From a virus (lineage: Duplodnaviria; Heunggongvirae; Uroviricota; Caudoviricetes), in the IMG/VR virus record IMGVR_UViG_2721755710_000007, positions 11,410 through 75,409 of that record: a stretch of 64,000 nucleotides of DNA; one strand, written 5' to 3'. The notes under the pieces were generated by a model. The model ran no database searches, was not told where the DNA came from, and worked only from the letters and a program-made list of their open reading frames with translations. The translations under genes were made by a program, and so were the position numbers. Of this stretch, positions 1 through 10,955 are shown one piece after another (positions within the stretch are counted from its first letter, which is position 1; each line of letters begins with the position of its first letter).

Positions 1-1
1 G

Positions 2-1039
2 GCTGGTGAACACGCCGATCATCTCTTGTATATCATCGACGAAGCGTCGGGTGTGAGTGATAAAGCATTCAGTGTGATAACAGGTGCGCTGACCGGTAAG
101 GATAACCGTATTCTGCTTCTTTCCCAGCCTACGCGACCTTCAGGCTATTTCTACGATTCACACCACAGACTAGCTATTCGCCCGGGAAATCCTGATGGAT
201 TGTTTACTGCGATAATACTGAATAGTGAAGAATCTCCGCTTGTAGATGCAAAATTTATACGAGCAAAACTTGCGGAGTATGGCGGTCGTGATAACCCCAT
301 GTACATGATCAAAGTACGTGGTGAATTTCCCAAATCTCAAGATGGCTTTCTTCTTGGTCGTGATGAGGTTGAGCGGGCGACGCGGCGAAAGGTCAAGATT
401 GCCAAAGGATGGGGCTGGGTTGCATGTGTTGACGTTGCTGGTGGCACAGGACGAGATAAGTCCGTTATTAATATCATGATGGTGTCCGGCCAGCGAAATA
501 AACGCCGTGTAATCAACTATCGTATGCTGGAATACACAGACGTTACAGAAACGCAGTTAGCCGCCAAGATTTTCGCAGAATGTAACCCAGAACGGTTCCC
601 GAACATAACCATAGCTATTGATGGCGATGGCTTGGGGAAATCGACGGCTGATCTAATGTACGAACGCTATGGCATTACCGTCCAGCGTATCCGCTGGGGT
701 AAAAAGATGCACAGCCGTGAAGATAAAAGCCTTTATTTCGATATGCGCGCTTTCGCGAATATTCAGGCGGCAGAAGCTGTAAAATCAGGGCGTATGAGGC
801 TTGATAAGGGGGCTGCGACTATAGAGGAAGCATCAAAGATACCGGTAGGGATAAATTCCGCAGGTCAATGGAAGGTGATGTCAAAGGAAGATATGAAGAA
901 AAAACTCAACCTGCACTCACCGGACCATTGGGATACATATTGTTTCGCTATGTTGGCGAACTATGTTCCCCAGGATGAAGTGCTTAGCGTCGAAGACGAA
1001 GCGCAGGTTGATGAAGCTCTGGCATGGCTTAATGAATAA
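2..1039 (+). CDS. pacB: phage terminase large subunit, C-terminal part (PacB-like); 5' end lies outside the window
   Basis: ORF runs from window edge; IIDEAS Walker-B-like and CVDVAGG nuclease-like motifs; sits next to c1 as pacB does in P1. Confidence 0.6.
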
Positions 1040-1063
1040 CTCATTAACCATGCCGGATAGAAA

Positions 1064-1915
1064 CTATTGCGCGCTTTCGGGGTTGTCGTTTACTGGCTGC
1101 CCCTTCTTAGTTTTACGGCTGCGCGTAACTGATGCGGCTGATTTGACCTTTTTCTCTTCGCGAGTGATGGCAATTTGTTTTTTTACATTTTCAATATCTG
1201 CCAGGCGATATATTTTTGCCTGCGGCCAGCGGTCGCAGATGATCGGTTCTATAGAGTCATAAAGGCTAAATTTTGCTTTCTCGAATTCACCGTTGATGAT
1301 GATTCCATCACGGAGAGTTTCATCGCAGATAAACACACCACACAGCGGCACATGGTAACTAACTGATTTACCATCATTGTAGTTAGGGCTACTGGAAATG
1401 TAATGGACGCGCAGCATTGTTTCGCTAAAGCCGTGTACACGCATACGGAATTTTTCATCCTCCGGGTACTGCTTCATTAGCTCTTTTGTTGCTTCCAGGT
1501 TCTCTATGTATTTCGCACTGTGCTCATTGATCCCCGCGCTTTTCTGGATGCGAATGTCCTTATCAATCAGATGAATAATGCGGCCAGCGGTCATGTTGAC
1601 GCTGTTCACAGCTTCTGTCTGATAAGTTGTAACCTTACGCACACCGCGAAGGATGTTAGGCACTGGATATAAAATAGTCTTTGGGATATTGAGGTCTGGG
1701 TACTGTTCCAGTTCTCGCGCCATTAAAGTCCATTTATCAATTTCAGCCTGAATGCTGTCCGTTTCTTTGAACGGCAGAACGACAACCGGGCGTACAGGAC
1801 GACCGTCGCTGGCGGCATCAACGTGTTGGGCGCGTGCAACAGCTTTTTTTAGAAAGAGATCCCTGAAGCTGACGAACTCCTGGTACAGTTGTTCGCCGTA
1901 GACATAATTTATCAT
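1064..1915 (-). CDS. c1: C1 repressor of lysogeny
   Basis: 283-aa ORF starting MINYVYGEQLYQEF, matching recalled P1 C1 in length and N-terminus; cognate operator sites occur across the window. Confidence 0.85.
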   Translation of the reverse strand: MINYVYGEQLYQEFVSFRDLFLKKAVARAQHVDAASDGRPVRPVVVLPFKETDSIQAEIDKWTLMARELEQYPDLNIPKTILYPVPNILRGVRKVTTYQTEAVNSVNMTAGRIIHLIDKDIRIQKSAGINEHSAKYIENLEATKELMKQYPEDEKFRMRVHGFSETMLRVHYISSSPNYNDGKSVSYHVPLCGVFICDETLRDGIIINGEFEKAKFSLYDSIEPIICDRWPQAKIYRLADIENVKKQIAITREEKKVKSAASVTRSRKTKKGQPVNDNPESAQ

Positions 1916-2009
1916 TGATCCTCCTCCAGAATTGACATGGTCAATAACGCCCGGCTGAGAAAACCGGTCATTACTGACCTATATTATAGAGGGATCAAAC
2001 GAAAATAAT

Positions 2010-2026
2010 AGATTTATTAGTGCATT
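2010..2026 (-). promoter_or_regulatory. C1 operator-like site between coi and c1
   Basis: 13/17 match to reverse complement of ATTGCTCTAATAAATTT. Confidence 0.3.
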
Positions 2027-2235
2027 TATTGTGAGTCTAACTGGTTAGTTGCCATGAGATATTCGATTGTGTCAGTGAGGTCATCCAGGTCGTCTTGGGT
2101 GATGCGGTACTCCTGATTGGATATCTTTGAGTAGTGTTCAGCAATGGCGCGGGCTGCGTCGGTTTCGGCAGGGTCTACAGATAAAGCGTTAGAGCAATGT
2201 CTAACGTCGTCGATGGTTGGTTGAATGAAAGCCAT
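2026..2235 (-). CDS. coi: Coi-like small protein (C1 inactivator)
   Basis: 69-aa ORF immediately upstream of c1 on the same strand, as in the P1 immC region. Confidence 0.55.
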   Translation of the reverse strand: MAFIQPTIDDVRHCSNALSVDPAETDAARAIAEHYSKISNQEYRITQDDLDDLTDTIEYLMATNQLDSQ

Positions 2236-2599
2236 AATTATGCCTCACTGTATTGACAACACAGAGCCTGAAGCTCTGACCTACTGTTTCACCCATGATC
2301 CATGCTGGGGTAATCTAACAACATTGCGCTGTGTGTAAGATGAGCAATGCGGTGATGCTGCCAACTTACTGATTTAGTGTATGATGGTGTTTTTGAGGTG
2401 CTCCAGTGGCTTCTGTTTCTATCAGCTGTCCCTCCTGTTCAGCTACTGACGGGGTGGTGCGTAACGGCAAAAGCACCGCCGGACATCAGCGCTATCTCTG
2501 CTCTCACTGCCGTAAAACATGGCAACTGCAGTTCACTTACACCGCTTCTCAACCCGGTACGCACCAGAAAATCATTGATATGGCCATGAATGGCGTTGG

Positions 2600-4052
<1,453 letters not shown>

Positions 4053-4176
4053 ATAGCTGTAATGCCGTTGTATAAGGTTTCCCTGTTTGCTCATTTCCTT
4101 CTGAGCCGCTCTACAACGCTGAAGACACATTAAATAGTGAATCCAAAGTCGTATTACGTAACGGCGGCAAAACTAT

Positions 4177-4193
4177 AATTTATTAGAGCAATT
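4177..4193 (-). promoter_or_regulatory. C1 operator
   Basis: AATTTATTAGAGCAAT, 16/17 match to operator consensus (reverse orientation). Confidence 0.5.
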
Positions 4194-4258
4194 GTCAAAC
4201 AACTATGAAAAACAATCCAGTTTTTGGCTGGTGGAGTGGGATTTTTCTCTCAAAATTT

Positions 4259-4275
4259 ATTGCTCTAATAATTAT
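4259..4275 (+). promoter_or_regulatory. C1 operator
   Basis: ATTGCTCTAATAATTAT, 15/17 match. Confidence 0.5.
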
Positions 4276-4318
4276 TGATTTTTATGCGCAGCTGGACGTA
4301 AACTCCTCTTCAGACCTA

Positions 4319-4352
4319 ATAACTTCGTATAGCATACATTATACGAAGTTAT
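4319..4352 (+). other. loxP recombination site
   Basis: Exact 34-bp ATAACTTCGTATA-GCATACAT-TATACGAAGTTAT. Confidence 0.97.
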
Positions 4353-4419
4353 CTTAGGGGTTATTGAACATGATCAATTTACCTGTAAATCTATACAGTT
4401 CAATACCTTATCAGGTCAA

Positions 4420-4445
4420 ATAGTGATCACTTGATCATTTGATCA
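4420..4445. promoter_or_regulatory. cluster of three GATC (Dam) sites in the cre upstream region
   Basis: GTGATCACTTGATCATTTGATCAAGG; cre promoters are Dam-sensitive in P1. Confidence 0.4.
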
Positions 4446-4770
4446 AGGTTGCGCTACGTAAAATCTGCGAAATGTTGGCAGTGTTAGTGCTCCAGATTTC
4501 GCGTAGCGCACTTAGCACCACCAATCAATCAGAGGTGAAAAATGGGATATTCAGCTGCTAAAGTGTCCACTCATCTTGAGCTTGAGAAAAATCGTGGTTA
4601 CTGGCGGGCAAAAGGGTTTGATCGTGATAGTTGTCAACTGTCATTATCGCGCGGTGAAGAAAAGATAGAACGCAGTCGCGGTCGTTGGCGTTTCTATGAC
4701 GAGAACCATAAACAGGTAAAGGCAGAGCCGATCCTGTACACTTTACTTAAAACCATTATCTGAGTGTCAA

Positions 4771-5802
4771 ATGTCCAATTTACTGACCGTACACCAAAAT
4801 TTTCCTGCATTGCCGGTCGATGCAACGAGTGATGAGGTTCGCAAGAACCTGATGGACATGTTCAGGGATCGCCAGGCGTTTTCTGAGCATACCTGGAAAA
4901 TGCTTCTGTCCGTTTGCCGGTCATGGGCGGCATGGTGCAAGTTGAATAACCGGAAATGGTTTCCCGCAGAACCTGAAGATGTTCGCGATTATCTTCTATA
5001 TCTTCAGGCGCGCGGTCTGGCAGTAAAAACTATCCAGCAACATTTGGGCCAGCTAAACATGCTTCATCGTCGGTCCGGGCTGCCGCGACCAAGTGACAGC
5101 AATGCTGTTTCACTGGTTATGCGGCGGATCCGAAAAGAAAACGTTGATGCCGGTGAACGTGCAAAACAGGCACTAGCGTTCGAACGCACTGATTTCGACC
5201 AGGTTCGTTCACTCATGGAAAATAGCGATCGCTGCCAGGATATACGTAATCTGGCATTTCTGGGGATTGCTTATAACACCCTGTTACGTATAGCCGAAAT
5301 TGCCAGGATCAGGGTTAAAGATATCTCACGTACTGACGGTGGGAGAATGTTAATCCATATTGGCAGAACGAAAACGCTGGTTAGCACCGCAGGTGTAGAG
5401 AAGGCACTTAGCCTAGGGGTAACTAAACTGGTCGAGCGATGGATTTCTGTCTCTGGTGTGGCTGATGATCCGAATAACTACTTGTTTTGCCGGGTCAGAA
5501 AAAATGGTGTTGCCTCGCCATCACCCACCAGCCAGCTATCAACTCGCGCCCTGGAAGGGATTTTTGAAGCAACTCACCGATTGATTTACGGGGCTAAGGA
5601 TGACTCTGGCCAGAGGTACCTGGCCTGGTCTGGACACAGTGCCCGTGTCGGAGCCGCGCGAGATATGGCCCGTGCCGGAGTTTCAATACCGGAGATCATG
5701 CAAGCTGGTGGCTGGACCAACGTAAATATTGTCATGAACTATATCCGTAACCTGGATAGTGAAACAGGGGCAATGGTGCGCCTGCTGGAAGATGGCGATT
5801 AG
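4771..5802 (+). CDS. cre: Cre site-specific tyrosine recombinase
   Basis: 343-aa ORF MSNLLTVHQN...LLEDGD, near-identical to recalled Cre; 420 bp downstream of loxP. Confidence 0.97.
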   Translation: MSNLLTVHQNFPALPVDATSDEVRKNLMDMFRDRQAFSEHTWKMLLSVCRSWAAWCKLNNRKWFPAEPEDVRDYLLYLQARGLAVKTIQQHLGQLNMLHRRSGLPRPSDSNAVSLVMRRIRKENVDAGERAKQALAFERTDFDQVRSLMENSDRCQDIRNLAFLGIAYNTLLRIAEIARIRVKDISRTDGGRMLIHIGRTKTLVSTAGVEKALSLGVTKLVERWISVSGVADDPNNYLFCRVRKNGVASPSPTSQLSTRALEGIFEATHRLIYGAKDDSGQRYLAWSGHSARVGAARDMARAGVSIPEIMQAGGWTNVNIVMNYIRNLDSETGAMVRLLEDGD

Positions 5803-5819
5803 CCATTAACGCGTAAATG

Positions 5820-5836
5820 ATTGCTCTAATTCTTTG
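5820..5836 (+). promoter_or_regulatory. C1 operator-like site
   Basis: ATTGCTCTAATTCTTTG, 13/17, first 11 positions exact. Confidence 0.35.
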
Positions 5837-5852
5837 ATATTTATGGTGACAT

Positions 5853-6164
5853 ATGAGAAAGGATTTCAACATCGACGGAAAATATGTAGTGCTGTCTGTA
5901 AGCACTAATATTCAGTCGCCAGCCGTCATTGTCACTGTAAAGCTGAGCGATAGAATGCCTGATATTGATTCAATATCCGTTGCGTTCCCTGTCAAAAGTA
6001 TGCGTGGTGCTGAACATTTCGTGATGAATGCCACCGAGGAAGAAGCACGGCGCGGTTTTGCTAAAGTGATGTCTGAGTTTGGCGAATTTTTGGGGCACGT
6101 TGACAAAGCCCTCTCAATCAGTTCAGCAAGGTCCAAAGCGTTAACAGCTTCCATGATGAAATAA
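5853..6164 (+). CDS. hypothetical 103-aa protein downstream of cre (position of P1 cra)
   Basis: ORF only; preceded by an operator-like site. Confidence 0.4.
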   Translation: MRKDFNIDGKYVVLSVSTNIQSPAVIVTVKLSDRMPDIDSISVAFPVKSMRGAEHFVMNATEEEARRGFAKVMSEFGEFLGHVDKALSISSARSKALTASMMK

Positions 6165-6295
6165 AAAAAAGCCTGGCAAGGAGCCAGGCTGCACAAAAGA
6201 GCGGGTTTGTATTCCGCATCCAATCAATCAAGAAGGAGTATAGCACACAGGTACTGAAGTGAAAAAATGTGATTCGCGATAAATAAACAACTTTA

Positions 6296-6312
6296 ATTGC
6301 TCTAATTGGTTG
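6296..6312 (+). promoter_or_regulatory. C1 operator-like site upstream of ref
   Basis: ATTGCTCTAATTGGTTG, 13/17; ref is C1-repressed in P1. Confidence 0.4.
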
Positions 6313-6379
6313 ATATAATTGAGTCGCAGTTTTTGTCAACTACGAAGACGTTGCCATTACTTCACTCCTTGACATCATA

Positions 6380-6405
6380 GGCGGCCATTAGGCCGCCTTT
6401 TTTTT
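6380..6405 (+). terminator. GC hairpin plus T8 run immediately upstream of the ref start codon
   Basis: GGCGGCC-ATTA-GGCCGCC followed by TTTTTTTT. Confidence 0.4.
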
Positions 6406-6411
6406 GACCAT

Positions 6412-6972
6412 ATGAAAACAATCGAACAAAAAATTGAACAGTGCCGCAAGTGGCAGAAGGCAGCCAGAGAACGAGCGATCGCTCGGCAACGGGAGAAGTT
6501 GGCTGATCCGGTCTGGCGAGAATCTCAATATCAGAAAATGCGGGATACTATCGACCGCCGTATCGCTAAACAGAAAGAACGCCCACTAACCAGCAAAACG
6601 CGGAAAATCGCGGTAAAAATAAAATCTCGTGGCTTGAAGGGACGAACACCGACGGCAGAGGAACGGCGCATAGCCAATGCTCTTGGCGCTCTCCCCTGCA
6701 TTGCCTGCTATATGCATGGAGTAATATCTGAAGAGGTGTCTCTGCACCATATCTCCGGTCGTACCGCGCCTGGTTGTCACAATAAGCAATTGCCCCTTTG
6801 TAGATGGCACCACCAGCATGCAGCACCGGCTGAAGTAAGAGAAAAATACCCCTGGCTGGTCCCTGTTCATGCCGATGGTGTGGTTGGAGGCAAGAAAGAA
6901 TTCACCCTGCTGAACAAGTCAGAGATGGAGTTGCTGGCTGACGCCTATGAGATGGCAAATATCATGCACTAA
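6412..6972 (+). CDS. ref: Ref recombination enhancement function (HNH endonuclease)
   Basis: 186-aa ORF; Cys/His-rich HNH-like core (CIACYMHG...HHISGR...CRWHH); length and position match P1 ref. Confidence 0.8.
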   Translation: MKTIEQKIEQCRKWQKAARERAIARQREKLADPVWRESQYQKMRDTIDRRIAKQKERPLTSKTRKIAVKIKSRGLKGRTPTAEERRIANALGALPCIACYMHGVISEEVSLHHISGRTAPGCHNKQLPLCRWHHQHAAPAEVREKYPWLVPVHADGVVGGKKEFTLLNKSEMELLADAYEMANIMH

Positions 6973-7018
6973 TATATTTATTATTTTTAAAATATTGGGG
7001 CGCGTATGCCCCTGTTTG

Positions 7019-7573
7019 TTAATGTTTTTTGTCCTCTTCCAGACGAGCAACTTTTAATTGTTTGTCCGTGATAGTAAGCAATGCAACCCCTTCTTTTTCG
7101 TACAAATAACCAGCTCCATTAATCAATAATACAAACCGATCCTTTCCTCGGAATACTTCATAATACTTACCAGCACCACAGGTTTTAGTTTCAATGCAGT
7201 CCAAACCAGAGATTGCAGCCTTATCAAAGATATGGTCCTTCGTCGCAACAGGTTTCCCATACTCTTTTGTAAGCATTTCATCTAATTGCATAAAGGTATA
7301 TTTGCCAACTTTTGTTGTCATGCTCAACTCAACCTTGCCATTAATCAACATTCCTGTGGTATGTGGTTCCTGAGCGTCAGGTGACGATTTATCGTATAAT
7401 GCAAAAAGTTCTATGTCTGGAGTCCGTTTTTCAAAAGTGGCTTCGTCCTGTTCTTCAAGATAACTCTTGTCTTCACCGATAAGTGAGAGTTTATCAATCT
7501 CTGACTGGTTACACCCTGTTAACATTAGAGCCATAGCAATAGAAGCGATGATGTTGAAACTACGATTTTTCAT
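7019..7573 (-). CDS. putative lipoprotein
   Basis: 184-aa ORF with signal peptide and lipobox LTGC. Confidence 0.5.
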   Translation of the reverse strand: MKNRSFNIIASIAMALMLTGCNQSEIDKLSLIGEDKSYLEEQDEATFEKRTPDIELFALYDKSSPDAQEPHTTGMLINGKVELSMTTKVGKYTFMQLDEMLTKEYGKPVATKDHIFDKAAISGLDCIETKTCGAGKYYEVFRGKDRFVLLINGAGYLYEKEGVALLTITDKQLKVARLEEDKKH

Positions 7574-7855
7574 TAATCAATCTCCGTGATTTGTGGTCAT
7601 CAAGACCGGACGCAGGAATAGCCCAGACTCTACTACTGCAACCATATAAAAAATAATAGAAATATTGGTTTATAGCATTTTTACAGATAAAAAAATTGAC
7701 ATCTGACAAATTACTTCTGCCAAAATCACATCAAGCCCGGTACGGATGGATCCCTTTTCAAATATTCCATGGACGGCACAGTCTGAGTACCGGGCGCTAC
7801 CTTCAGTTGTATTGCTAAGCCGCCGCTGGTGGCTTTTCTTTTTTGTAGGGGCGCT

Positions 7856-8500
7856 ATGGATAAGAAAATATGCGTTGTTTCGATGAGCGTCGGCAAACCG
7901 GCGTCAATGACTGCTGCATGGATCAACAACGAGCTGATAATGGCTGATCGGACCAGCTACCCTGAACGCCGCCGCGATATGGAACTCCAGCTGCTGCGCG
8001 AATTGCGAGAAAAAGAGGAAAAGGGTTTTATCGTGCTGGTGGAAGAGGAAAACAGCTTTATTACCGGTCGAGTTGGCCAGCGTGTAAGGTTGCGCGATCC
8101 CTTCATGAACGGCAGGCCGGTACTAATTGAAGCAATGCAGATTTACAAGGAGTTGGAACGCCAGAAAGCGATCAAGTTACCGCGCAAGGAATCCGGCAAA
8201 TACATCCTCCACCAAAGCATCTTCGATTCCGAACACGATAAAAAAGGCGATGAGTTTTTCAACATCAACTGGAGCGAGATAACGACAGAGCATGTTCTAA
8301 CGTTGTTATGCTGCTTCGCAACAGAATACAACAACGTGGTAAGCGCAGACTACATCAGGACAATGACAAACACCGTTACTAAACAAGACAACGAATATTC
8401 ACCATATGAGCTATTTGTAAATATGATAAAAGCATTTTATCGGATGGAGCTCGCTAAAGTTCCTCAAGGTAAATTAACAGGTAAGGATAACATCTTTTAA
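7856..8500 (+). CDS. hypothetical protein
   Basis: ORF from ATG at 7856 (MDKKICVV...); no recognised motif. Confidence 0.4.
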   Translation: MDKKICVVSMSVGKPASMTAAWINNELIMADRTSYPERRRDMELQLLRELREKEEKGFIVLVEEENSFITGRVGQRVRLRDPFMNGRPVLIEAMQIYKELERQKAIKLPRKESGKYILHQSIFDSEHDKKGDEFFNINWSEITTEHVLTLLCCFATEYNNVVSADYIRTMTNTVTKQDNEYSPYELFVNMIKAFYRMELAKVPQGKLTGKDNIF

Positions 8501-8553
8501 GCACAGTAATAAGGTGCTTAGATGTTCATATCAATATCCTAACTCTCTGCATC

Positions 8554-9243
8554 TCATAAATCTGATAGCCACTTACTATCTATGGACTCAATCTCCGTCA
8601 GCGGAATTGATGGGAAAAAATATCCCTGAGCGCCCCATAGCCCTATCCCTTTTGATAACTTATGACAATCAATGTTTTCGACGCCTTCAGCGATGATATT
8701 CGGACATAACTTTTTTAAATTGCTAATAATGACATCAAAATGAGGCTTAATCATATGCTCTTGAAAAAATGACTTATCAAGTTTTATTGCATGATATTTA
8801 TTTTTAATTAATGCTTTCATGGTGGCGTTACCACTTCCAAAATCATCAAGCCAAACATTATCTGTCAAAGTCAGTAGAAAGGATATGACGTAATCCTCAT
8901 CGCTTAAATCAGGATAGTTTTCTGATATCTCAATCGCTATAAATTTATTGTTTATTAGTAGTTCTTGAATTTGTTTATTGCCATATATATATAAACAGGT
9001 ATCATAATCTACATTGATAGAGCATAATATATTATGGCATTCAAAAAAACACTTATATTTGATTATTGTGTTAAGTTGAGATTTTAGCAAGTTAATCTTC
9101 ATCTTGCTTGTAAATATACCTAATACTTTCTGAGTAGAAAGAATAGCCCCCTCGTTGGAATAAAATCTGCTCAACACTTCCACTGCTATCAACTTGTTAG
9201 TGCTTGTGGAAATGATTGGTTCTACTATGTAGATAACTTCCAT
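8554..9243 (-). CDS. EAL-domain protein (c-di-GMP phosphodiesterase-like, possibly degenerate)
   Basis: 229 aa with EVLSRF, EISE, DDFGSG, KLDKSF, EGVE, QGY motifs; AT-rich. Confidence 0.6.
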   Translation of the reverse strand: MEVIYIVEPIISTSTNKLIAVEVLSRFYSNEGAILSTQKVLGIFTSKMKINLLKSQLNTIIKYKCFFECHNILCSINVDYDTCLYIYGNKQIQELLINNKFIAIEISENYPDLSDEDYVISFLLTLTDNVWLDDFGSGNATMKALIKNKYHAIKLDKSFFQEHMIKPHFDVIISNLKKLCPNIIAEGVENIDCHKLSKGIGLWGAQGYFFPSIPLTEIESIDSKWLSDL

Positions 9244-9464
9244 GCTCCCACCCTCTATTTTTAAATTGGTTGGCTTTAGCAGATAAAGTGCCCTTTATAT
9301 TTACAGGGGTTACACACTATGTCAATTTATTTATCTGTAGTGAAATTGATAAAAATTCAATAATAAAAGCAGCAACTGTGACACAAATCAATATTTTTAT
9401 TTTTTGCACAACTTCTTGATTTCAGTGCTGCTGTATCTCTATTCTTGTTCAAAGCCTCTTTAGA

Positions 9465-10198
9465 ATGGTGGTAGCTATGTCAGGAGTCTGTTACTTCATC
9501 CTAATAAAGAAACCGATAAATTTTCAATTTCTTAAGGATTTCTTAATATTAAATTATGGTGATGTGCTGTTGCTTAAACATTCTGAACGCGAATTCTTAC
9601 AAACCTATTCAGATAAATATATCGAATTCGAACTTAATGATAGTGCCGTAAGAAACTATTTATCTTGTCACAATCACCAAGGGAAGCAACTTCTGGATAA
9701 ATGCCCACATTTGCTAAAAAAGTCTTTTGCTTATCCTGATTTATTAATCAGGATGATCGATAATATAAGTGACCAGAATCATATACATCCTGATTTTAAG
9801 GATGCTTTAACTTTTTCATTACTTTCAATTTTTAGTGATGTTGACAACCTTAGAGCTTTTCTTAAATCTGGTATGCCTACTTTCTCAGGGAAAGTACGCA
9901 GCATATTTCTTTCAGATGTATCTAAACATTGGAAACTAAGAGACTTAACTGATTATCTATACATAGTGAGAGTTTAATAAAGAAAAAACTCTTATTAGAA
10001 AACACCTCCTTCAGTAAGTTATTACTTGATACACAAATGGCTTTTGCTATTAAATTACTAAAGCAAAACCGCCCCCTCAAACAAGTATCAGAAAGTTGTG
10101 GTTTTAGTAGCATATCGTACTTTGTGTGCCTATTTAGGCAGTATTATAATTGTACACCATGTGAATATGTAAAACATCAGTTATCATCTGGGAAATAA
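9465..10198 (+). pseudogene. AraC-family transcriptional regulator, frameshifted
   Basis: 170-aa N-terminal ORF, then in another frame a C-terminal HTH (LKQVSESCGFSSISYFVCLFRQYYNCTPCEY) ending at 10198. Confidence 0.5.
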
Positions 10199-10236
10199 GA
10201 TGCATTTATCTCCCAGATAATATTGTAATATTAAAC

Positions 10237-10485
10237 TCAGTCAGCATTTAGTAGCAGAGCATTATCTATGATGATCTGCTCCCATTCTTCGAATGCCCGG
10301 TCGCGGACGCCCTGGGGAACGCTGTTTGTTTTGAAATCGACGACCGTCCGCCATTTCCCGTCCGGACGGTACATGCGCAGAGCTTTACTTCCCCCTTCCC
10401 TGCGCACCTCAACGTTATGCTTGTCAGCAAACTCTTGTAATGCTCGTAGCGTCCCATGCTTTACTGTGTAGTATCGCTTTTTCAA
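10237..10485 (-). CDS. hypothetical 82-aa basic protein, third gene of a three-gene operon
   Basis: Start overlaps the stop of the upstream gene by 4 bp; may be a 3'-truncated fragment because an AT-rich junction follows directly. Confidence 0.45.
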   Translation of the reverse strand: MKKRYYTVKHGTLRALQEFADKHNVEVRREGGSKALRMYRPDGKWRTVVDFKTNSVPQGVRDRAFEEWEQIIIDNALLLNAD

Positions 10486-10922
10486 GTTTTCTCTCCAGCC
10501 TGTGCCAAGGCTTCAACTTCCAAATCGTAAGACTCAAACTCATAGTCCTGGTCGTCAACTTCTTCAGGGACTGGCAGTAAATGCCAGGCTGAGTATATCT
10601 GACCATTATCAAAACGCTCCTGGCTGTAGAGCGTCGCGGCTATGAGTGTTAGCGCCGGGCGGTCATAACGGTAAAATTTGCGAACGTCACGGTCAACGAG
10701 ACGACCGAAATTACCATAACCGCGCTCCAGTAATAATTTTTTAATTTCCGGCCAGTATGGGCCATAGCTGCGGTACAGGCGGGGATTTTTCAGTAATCGC
10801 CCGCGTAGCCCTGACAGGAAGAAATCAACGTATTCGTCTTCTGTCTTTCCTAACAACGCTGTACGGAGTACCGCCTCAAGATATGTTTTATTCGGTTTTA
10901 TTGTATCAGATAGTGTGGCCAT
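10482..10922 (-). CDS. hypothetical 146-aa protein, second gene of operon
   Basis: ORF 33 bp downstream of the large gene; no recognised motif. Confidence 0.45.
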   Translation of the reverse strand: MATLSDTIKPNKTYLEAVLRTALLGKTEDEYVDFFLSGLRGRLLKNPRLYRSYGPYWPEIKKLLLERGYGNFGRLVDRDVRKFYRYDRPALTLIAATLYSQERFDNGQIYSAWHLLPVPEEVDDQDYEFESYDLEVEALAQAGEKT

Positions 10923-10955
10923 ATTATGCGACGCCCGGCGAACCGGGCGCTCCTG

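Noticed and set aside
4542-4763. 73-aa ORF between loxP and cre
   Set aside because: Lies in the GATC-rich cre promoter region and ends 8 bp before cre; no supporting motif, so likely spurious, though a small leader peptide cannot be excluded.
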